A stretch of DNA of 64,000 nt, from assembly GCF_006345805.1 (NCBI RefSeq), contig NC_043005.1, forward strand, positions 107,136,001-107,200,000. The letters run 5' to 3'. Under the pieces are notes generated by a model. It saw only the letters and a program-made list of their open reading frames with translations. It did not search any database and was not told where the DNA came from. Positions 54,613 to 64,000 of the stretch are shown here, in pieces. Both the position numbers and the translations under genes were made by a program. The first letter of the stretch is position 1. Each line of letters opens with the position of its first letter. The stretch comes from Octopus sinensis (taxonomy: Eukaryota).

Positions 54613-56271
54613 GACTGGATGCATGACCACAATAGATTCAATTATGTGGACTCCGCTAACTGCATTGAAGGCCTGTTTGTGCTGTTATGTCAGGTAGCGT
54701 GTAATGTCCATGATTCAAGAATGAGAACAATCTTCAAGTGACTAACTTTTCTAATTACACCTTTCCTAAATCACCTTACATCAATATTGTTTTTCATTGT
54801 ATCATTACCATCTTTAAAGCGTTGTTATATTTTCTATATCGTTTTAAATTTTCTTAAAAGATAAAAATAATTAGTCCGAATTTTAATAGTCGTAACTATG
54901 TTGTAGTCACTTTAAAACAGAATCTTGCAAAGTTGGTTCTTCTTCATGAGATTCTGAATTTTGCCGGCCCGTATCAGTTACTAAGTCTCAAATGCAATAA
55001 TGTTTGAAGTAATTGCAACCAATTTCGGTTGGATGCCAATAATATTGAACCGATATAACACCATAGACTCAAGAACGCATTAGTTTCAAAATATTTAATT
55101 TACTTCCATATTACCAGTTTACAGATGCGAAGCTTGTTAACATTTCAATCACTGCTGAAACAGTCTTTTCTCTTCTACACTATCAAAGTGATCCAACGCC
55201 TTTTACAGCATTTGCGTCTATCCATATGTTATACGAGTTTCAATAGAACATATAAATGGAAAGATTTTATGTATTCGTTCGTAGCTGATGAATCACAACA
55301 TCACTACTCAAACTTTTATGATGTTTTAATCTCCAGGCAACAAAATTTAATTGAATGAAATAGCTAGAAGAACACACCCCAAAGCCTGACAGTTTACTGA
55401 GCTTCGGACATTATCAATTCCCACCACCTTAAAAAAGACAATAGAAAGAAAAGCAATGGTTATACAATTGCAAATAAACGATACAATAGGAAACCTAGTC
55501 ATGTACACGCTATAGATTACCTTAAGAAGAGATTTTTCCAATCCTAAATGTAGACTTTTATATACCTAGCCATAATAAACTGGTAATATCCAACAGACGC
55601 ATCGTCGAGCGCATTTACTTAAATTATAGAAACCTACCGCGAAATAATCGTAATGGAATAACAGCAGCGATGTAATTATGTCGTAAAAAACAGAAAAAAA
55701 ATACAGCCCACTCTGGGATCATCCAGTTTCTCAAAAGCGTAATTTTACCTTCCAGTATCTGAAACCCTTTCCTCGAAGGGCATAGAATACTAAATATTGT
55801 TTGAGACATCGACACAATTTATTGACACTGATAGGTATGTTTTTATAAAAGTGCTTATAGTTAATATGCATTTAACTATCTACTAAGAGGAAAGTCGTAA
55901 CAGCGTAAGAGTATTTACATTTGTATCAGTGTTTGAACTACTATCGATTTTATATAAAACCAGGAGTACCTACGCGGTCGATATTAAATGCCCCCCCCCC
56001 CCACACACACACACTCAACAAACACTACAGTCTCATAAAGACACACATTGCGCATTATAGCCATACACACAAAATGCAGGATCAGTTACAGTTGGTACCG
56101 CTTCTGTGATAATTCTCTACAATCATGATGGGTAGAGTGTGTTATACGACAATTACAATAACAGCTTGCGACCAAGTATGTAACGATGCTCCGCTCTTGA
56201 GTATGATACGTTTATACTGCTGCATTTATTTCAACTAAGACTATCTTATTAGTTAAAATGCATAAACCTAT

Positions 56272-56459
56272 ATAGGCACAGGAGTGGCTATATATGCGTA
56301 GGAGTGGCTGTGTGATAAGTAGCTTGCTTACCAACCACATGGTTCCGGGTTCAGTCCCACTGCGTTGCACCTTGGGCAAGTGTCTTCTACTATAGCCTCG
56401 GGCCGACGAAAGCCTTGTGAGGGGATTTGGTAGATGGAAACTGAAAGAAGCCCGTCGTA

Positions 56460-56490
<31 letters not shown>

Positions 56491-56563
56491 GAGTGTGTGT
56501 GTATGTGTTTGTGTGTCTGTGTTTGTACCCCTAGCATTGCTTGACAACCGATGCTAGTGTGCT
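56272..56563 (+). mobile_element. family B SINE, 3'-truncated, with short duplication of the head
   Basis: ATAGGCACAGGAGTGGCT then GCGTAGGAGTGGCTGTGTGATAAGTAGC..CCTTGGGCAAGTGTCTTCTACTATAGCC. Confidence 0.9.
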
Positions 56564-57103
56564 TAAGAGTAAACCTAATACAAGCAACAAACGAACATAT
56601 TTCATTTCTCAGGCTCTTTCTTCACAAAGGCAAATGTTTCACACAAATAATGGCACATACACATACAAACAATACACACATATAGAGCGGTATCTAAGAA
56701 CTCCTGCACATATATGTAGCCGTACAGTGCAATCAGAGACAAGCGCATACGGGAATATATAAGGTGTGGAAGTTATAAAAAAATTATCTCAAGAATCACT
56801 ATCCCTGCGGATATGAAATTGTTGAGACACTGACACAAAAGCATTAAGACAATCAAAAGTGATATTGTCGTGGGCAGACAGTAGCCATATATTTCAGTAC
56901 AAGTTTCTCGGTCAGAAAAGAGAAAACACACATGTTTTTAGTTTTTAGTTCATGTATGTATGTATTCATTCATTCATTCATACATACATACATACATACA
57001 TACATACATACATACATACATACATACATACATACATCATACATACATACATACATGCATTTATATATATATATACTTTATTTAAAGCAGCAGAAAATTC
57101 AAC

Positions 57104-57152
57104 AAAACCTGTTACTCTGAGTTTCTCGTTGCCCTTCATCAGACAGTTTTTT
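57104..57152 (-). ncRNA. minimal type I hammerhead ribozyme motif (predicted), antisense twin
   Basis: AAAAACUGU-CUGAUGA-AGG(GCAA)CGA-GAAA-CUC-A-GAG-U-A|ACAGGUUUU: core intact, stem II weakened by one change. Confidence 0.55.
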
Positions 57153-57157
57153 CTAGC

Positions 57158-57205
57158 AAAAACTGTCTGATGAACGGCAACGAGAAACTCAGAGTAATAG
57201 ATTTG
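57158..57205 (+). ncRNA. minimal type I hammerhead ribozyme motif (predicted)
   Basis: AAAAACUGU-CUGAUGA-ACG(GCAA)CGA-GAAA-CUC-A-GAG-U-A|AUAGAUUU: intact core, GUA site after 57196, quasi-palindromic stem III. Confidence 0.65.
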
Positions 57206-57303
57206 TTGAATTTTCTGCTGCTTTAAATAAAGCATATTACTCAACCACTGGTATTTGAGTACTCTTTTTTCCACCTTGTTTCACATTTATGTGTTTACTC
57301 CGG

Positions 57304-57395
<92 letters not shown>

Positions 57396-57670
57396 CGCGT
57401 ATGTGAGAGGCAGAGATGGATAGATAAAGAGAGTGAGACATTCGTGGAAACATGGATGTTGATGAAAAATATTTAAATCGAACGTTATGAGAAAGCTAGA
57501 TCGAGTTATAGATCATTCTATCAATTGATATGTAGATATATCGATAGATTTTACTAGCATATAGGACTTTAAATAAATAGAACAGAAAACTTAATATTGA
57601 TGTGTATACTAGGATATGTATCAAGAAATCTACCTAGAAATATGTATCTATCTCTGTAACTAGTCTTTAT

Positions 57671-57742
<72 letters not shown>

Positions 57743-57754
57743 TTATCTATCATA

Positions 57755-58742
57755 GGGGTTTAGTGGAGGGGAGGTACGACGACGAACTCGGGGCGAACCT
57801 GGACGTCGACGAGGAGTACCTGACCCGCCTGTTCAGGACGACTTTCGGGCCAGGGCCCATGGACAACTTCCAGAGATCCCTGGCCTGGCAGTGCTACCGA
57901 GAAGCGCTACCCGTTCTGGATAAGCTCTACAGACACGGCTCGAGAAACACGGGGCCGACCTGCCCGAGATGCGGTCAGAGCGACGAAACCGTTCTGCACG
58001 CACTCGTTCAGTGTCCAACAATTTCCGACCTGTGGGCTTATGTCGAACAACTGCTGTCACGTGTGGGACGAGTCGGTTTATCGATGACTCTATCGTCAAT
58101 ATTGTCACGCCTCCTTCCTTCAAACGGGAAGGAAGAGCTATTTTCATCATCCTTGTGGCTATGGCGAAAGAATGTATCTGGTGGACGCGTCTGAAAGGAT
58201 TGGAGACAAACACTTTCCTCTCTGGTCAATCTCTCATCAACTTCTTCAAGTACCACTTGAAAAGGAAAGTGAGAGTAGAGAGGCAAGTTTTGTCTAGCGA
58301 ATGTTTTAAAAAAAGATGGGTGAATGTAGCAAGAATGGCACGTATGAATGACGAAGCCACCTTGAGCATAGTCCTATGAACCCAGAAATCGAAAACAGAG
58401 AGTTGCTTATTTGCAAAAAAAAAAAAAAAAAAAGAAATAAAATGTGACTTCATGACCGAGGTTACCGTGGTCTTTTCCGTAGGCTTTTCTTTCCACGGGT
58501 AACCCCTACCTGTCCTCCCCTTTACACTTCATATTGACATTTCTGTGATAACGATCCCTATTGATCAATTTTTTTTTCCTCTCCCCCTTTTTTTAACCCC
58601 CCCTTTTTGTCCTCTTTCTCTCCTTTTACGATCCCTTTTGATCTAAACTCCCCCCTTCCTTTTTTTTAACCTTCAAAAGAAAAGCTCTACCTTGTAATTT
58701 GTTCTATCTGTGGTGCAGCCCTGTGTGGCTAATTAAGAAACA
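57755..58742 (+). mobile_element. 5'-truncated Tx1/L1-clade LINE 3' end (zf-RVT region plus 3' UTR), copy 1
   Basis: FQRSLAWQCYREALPV..TCPRCGQSDETVLHALVQCP..LWAYVEQLL (CxxC-H-C knuckle)..MAKECIWWTRLK..RWVNVAR; stop at 58377-58379; one frameshift near 58085; (TATC)n on both sides. Confidence 0.9.
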
Positions 58743-58860
58743 TATCTATCTATCTATCTATCTATCTATTTATCTATCTATCTATCTCTCTATCTACCAT
58801 CTATCTATCTATCTATCTAATCTACTATCTATCTATCTATCTATCTATCCATCATCTATC

Positions 58861-58915
<55 letters not shown>

Positions 58916-58943
58916 CTATCTATCTATCTATTTATCTATCATA

Positions 58944-59928
58944 GGGGTTAGTGGAGGGGAGGTACGACGACGAACTCGGGGCGAACCTGGACGTCGACGA
59001 GGAGTACCTGACCGCCTGTTCAGGACGACTTCGGGCCAGGGCCCATGGACAACTTCCAGAGATCCCTGGCCTGGCAGTGCTACCGAGAAGCGCTACCCGT
59101 TCTGGATAAGCTCTAGACACGGCTCGAGAAACACGGGGCCGACCTGCCCGAGATGCGGTCAGAGCGACGAAACCGTTCTGCACGCACTCGTTCAGTGTCC
59201 AACAATTTCCGACCTGTGGGCTTATGTCGAACAACTGCTGTCACGTGTGGGACGAGTCGGTTTATCAGCTGAGTCTATCGTCAATATTGTCACGCCTCCT
59301 TCCTTCAAACGGGAAGGAAGAGCTATTTTCATCATCCTTGTGGCTATGGCGAAAGAATGTATCTGGTGGACGCGTCTGAAAGGATTGGAGACAAACACTT
59401 TCCTCTCTGGTCAATCTCTCATCAACTTCTTCAAGTACCACTTGAAAAGGAAAGTGAGAGTAGAGAGGCAAGTTTTGTCTAGAGAATGTTTTAAAAAAAG
59501 ATGGGTGAATGTAGCAAGAATGGCACGTATGAATGACGAAGCCACCTTGAGCATAGTCCTATGAACCAGAAATCGAAAACAGAGAGTTGCTTATTTGCAA
59601 AAAAAAAAAAAAAAAGAAATATAAAATGTGACTTCATTGACCGAGGTTACCGTGGTCTTTTCCGTAGGCTTTTCTTTCCACGGGTAAACCTCACCTGTCC
59701 TCCCCTTTACACTTCATATTGACATTTCTGTGATAACGATCCCTATTGATCAATTTTTTTTTCCTCTCCCCCTTTTTTTAACCCCCCCTTTTTGTCCTCT
59801 TTCTCTCCTTTTACGATCCCTTTTGATCTAAACTCCCCCCTTCCTTTTTTTTTAACCCTTCAAAAGAAAAGCTCTACCTTGTAATTTGTTCTATCTGTGT
59901 GCAGCCCTGTGTGGCTAATAAAGAAACA
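58944..59928 (+). mobile_element. Tx1/L1-clade LINE 3' end, copy 2 (tandem, period 1189 bp)
   Basis: Same 5' junction (TATTTATCTATCATAGGGG) and 3' end as copy 1; differs mostly by 1-2 nt indels; stop at 59562-59564. Confidence 0.9.
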
Positions 59929-59985
59929 TATCTATCTATCTATCTATCTATCTATTTATCTATCTATCTATCTCTCTATCTATCC

Positions 59986-60028
<43 letters not shown>

Positions 60029-60039
60029 CATCTATCTAT

Positions 60040-60074
<35 letters not shown>

Positions 60075-62429
60075 CCTATCTATCTATATATCTGCCTGTC
60101 TGTCTATCTGTCTATCTATCTCTTTTCATCCCTATATATGTTATATGTACGTAATCATATTATATAATGTGCATGTTTACACACACACACTCATACATTT
60201 GTATATGGCAGTTTGCATAAAAGTAAAAGAAAACACTGTCTCATGCAAAAGCAAAAGTATCTTTAAAAAAGGAGAAAATATGAACTAGATTAATACTGGG
60301 AGATAAAAATTTACGCAAAGTCACCGCCCTCAGTTTTCATGAGGGACTAAAGAGTGCTCCGGAATCTAACGAATGCGTTCCTCGCTGTGCTCTTAGGCAG
60401 GTAGGTAAGCAGATTGTAGGTAGGTAGATGAGTAGATAAATAGCCATATAGACGAGCAAATATATAGTTAGATAGATATGGATGTATATAATAAAAGTTT
60501 TTCTAAATGTTGCACTAGATATAAGACTTTGATACAGAACATTTACAAGAAACCAAAATACTAGAATGTAAAATGCTCATTCACGTCCCAACTATAACTA
60601 GAAACCAAATATTAAGAATAAGCAACAGATTCTCCCATCTTTTCTACAACAGAAAAATATTCATCAGGGCAGCATACATTAATAACGAGGCTGTAGCTGA
60701 AAGTGAATTTAGCGAGGAATCAATCTATGCAGAGATTCTTGCATCAACTCTGGGTCTGGGGAACCTGGATGCGCGAGTTCCTTCTGTTCACTCCATCTCA
60801 TGATAGAGGCATCACTCCCAATATTACCAAAAACTTATTATTTCTTTTAAGATACCATCTTTTGACTCTGCGTAATACAATCGACTCAATATACATAATA
60901 GTAAAGTGAGCTATCTTTGCCTTGACAACATAGCTTCCATGTTTGTTACACATGCAAATGTTTTACGCGTTTGCACTGCTTTCATACCCCAAATCTCACT
61001 TCACTTTCTTGGATCTAATCTCTTGTCATTTGAGAGTATATTTGAAGGCATTGAAATTGCAGAGCTACATAGAATTCGCCAGGTAGGATTCATAGAATAT
61101 GAACGGTGCTCATCGCAAAGGATTTTATAAAATGATATAATGAATATGAATATTTTCTCTGACATAGCTACAGAGATAACTCAATTTCCATATGCCGTTT
61201 CATGAAGAAGTTCAATACCCATTATCTAAAGTTTGATTGAAATGACTCTTCCATACAGCTGCCGATCATCAACTGCCGATGGTGCTTTTGCTTTAAATAC
61301 TATATACCCGGAAAAAAAAATTTACTGTATCCCCAAACGAAGATTTTCTACAAATTAAACTATTTGTTTCTCCTTTTTATTTCCTACTAACAAACAACCG
61401 AATTTGAAAACAATATCATCAGACCAGTTGTGCTAGGGAAAGCAAAACATTAATGTTCCTTATTATTGAAAATTAATCTCGGTACAGTTACCTATAAATA
61501 CCTACCTTGCACGTAACTGAGTAATGTAGTGATTCTCGTTCGATTTTCCTCGAAGTCACCTCACCAACGGCCAATAAGGAACGAACTTTCAAACGCGTGC
61601 AAGACCTCACTTCCCCAGGATGAGAGATGTGACGCAGGTGACAGAAATTGCTTACCTCGAAGTATATTCCATGTGTAAGATATATTGTATCCTTTATTTC
61701 TAAAATTCTGTACAGACACGTATATATATAAATGTATGTGTTTATATATATATATATATAGTGGATAAATATTTCTTGGTGTTATATATATATATATATA
61801 TATATAATATATTATATATTATATATATATAATATATATTATATATATATATGTATATATGTATATGTATACATATATATATGTTATACATGTATTTGTG
61901 TAATACGTGCATAAACAAAATGAGAAGGGGAGGGAGAGTGCACATGAGAATAGGACAATTGTGAGAGACAGGTGTTAATGCTTCAATGGGATATTTTGAT
62001 GCTTACTAGACAAGAATGAGCTGGGATACATCAACAGAAGATATACAAAGGAGGAGGAAAAGAAATATTTAATATGAGAGAATAAGAGAAAGAGATAGAG
62101 AGGCAGAGAAGGGGAGAGAGCAGAACACAGCAGAGAACACAATACAAACGATGTGAGGTTTAGGCCTTACTATACACAGAGTATGTGATCATATTAAATG
62201 AGTCATCGTGACATTTTCAGAAAATATTTACTGATATGCATATCGACAAATAAGAAAAAAACAAGAAACTTATAAATATTGGAGACACAGACACGGTTTG
62301 TATATAAGAATATAAAGAAAACAGATAGAAATATCAAACCGATAGATATACAGATAGACAGACACTTAGATACGAAGATGAATAGATGTAGCTACATAGA
62401 AATAGTTATAAAACTTCATTACTATATAA

Positions 62430-62673
<244 letters not shown>

Positions 62674-62894
62674 GAAATAGAAAAGAACTAGACATTTTGA
62701 GTGAGAATTTGATCGAAAAAGTGATAGATCGCAACTCAGTTAATTTGAGTAATACGTCATAAATTACCTTTCTATGTATTTCTTTTTATCTATAGCATTT
62801 ATATACATATATGTGCACATATACAAACACGCAGATACATATACAAGAGATATCTATTGGATAGATCGATAGATAGATAGATAGATAGATAGAA

Positions 62895-62925
<31 letters not shown>

Positions 62926-63399
62926 CATCCAGATAGCTATATTCATAAACAGATTGAGAGCTAGGTAGATACATACATGTAGGCATATACACTGATTGGC
63001 GGACAGATGAATAGATGGATAAATAAATGGAGGATTGGATGGAGGAATGGATGGATGGACGGACGGAGGGATGGATGAATGGATGGGTGGACAGCTCGAG
63101 AGACATAAACCATGACTTCCAGTACATCGATCTACAGATTTGATAGCTGCATAGATACATACATTGATTGATTGGTACATGGATAGAGTGATAGATGGCT
63201 TGTCAGATCATATGACACAAAGTGTGAAAGTGTGAGACAAAGGGAAAAAAAAATATAATGTGAGTCAATCTGAAAGAGAACGAAAGGTAGAATCAGAGAG
63301 GGGGATTAACAGATATACACACATACACACACACACACACACACATACGCGCGCGCGCACGCACACACACACATATATATATACATACACACACACACA

Positions 63400-63446
<47 letters not shown>

Positions 63447-63461
63447 CATATATACATATTC

Positions 63462-63561
<100 letters not shown>

Positions 63562-64000
63562 TATATACATAAGTGTGTGTATGCGTGTGTGGGTGTGTGT
63601 ATACGTATGATTGTACGTATTGACAAAGAGCAATGCAAAGGGAATGAGAGCCGGAGAGATAAGACTGAGCGCAGAGAATAGTGAGTGAGGGTTAGGAAGA
63701 GTAAGCGAATGAAAGACAATTGGAAATTGAAACTCAATCCGATAAAGAACAATAAAAATGTCTGTTTCATTTGGAAGCTGCATGTAAAATTACATCGATT
63801 GGTCAACAACAACTGACCGCTCTATGAATTATGTCCCTAGTGAAGGGACTTGCCGCTTGTTTGATGTCCATCCGTCACCCTGTTATCAAAGGATTTAATG
63901 GGCTGAATCTAGCTTTTTATGACTGAGCACTTCCAACAGCGCGGCCATGTTTTTTGAATGTGAATCTCCTCGTAAGCTACACATGCATACATACATACAT

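Larger units (their letters stand above)
57076..57303. mobile_element. palindromic Penelope-like element (157-bp palindrome plus 70-nt tail) in (TA)n
   Basis: 57076-57152 is the reverse complement of 57157-57232 with about 5 differences and CTAG at the centre; unpaired tail 57233-57303; (TA)n on both flanks. Confidence 0.85.

Noticed and set aside
60600-61100. Possible decayed LINE endonuclease (VINVCCPDE-like on minus)
   Set aside because: One short motif-like match amid stops; too weak to call.

Overview
AT-rich eukaryotic (animal) DNA dominated by simple repeats ((TA)n, (CA)n, (TATC)n, (AAT)n, (GAA)n, mosaic trinucleotide tracts) and interspersed repeats, with one 100-N gap (3877-3976). 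The SINE types and microsatellite load point to an octopus (coleoid cephalopod) genome; this is an inference from recognition, not a database result. No intact host protein-coding gene is visible. Nearly all listed ORFs are microsatellite translations, and the only recognisable protein remnants are mobile: a decayed mariner transposase (about 4630-5860), a second Tc1/mariner scrap (about 20510-20655), the C-terminal end of an R4/Dong-like retrotransposon (about 11030-11320) and two tandem near-identical 3' ends of a Tx1/L1-clade LINE (57755-59928). There are about 20 tRNA-derived SINE copies, a probable Merlin-like MITE with telomere-type repeats and a Helentron-like element. A few short splice-flanked open segments could be exons of a large-intron gene. 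The most interesting signal is RNA structure: three unrelated short repeat families carry minimal type I hammerhead-ribozyme motifs of the kind linked to Penelope-like elements. Two of them are head-to-head palindromes with a hammerhead on each strand (57076-57232, 42308-42507), and a related terminus sits in a 1.47-kb foldback (46705-48172). Identity figures are by-eye estimates.
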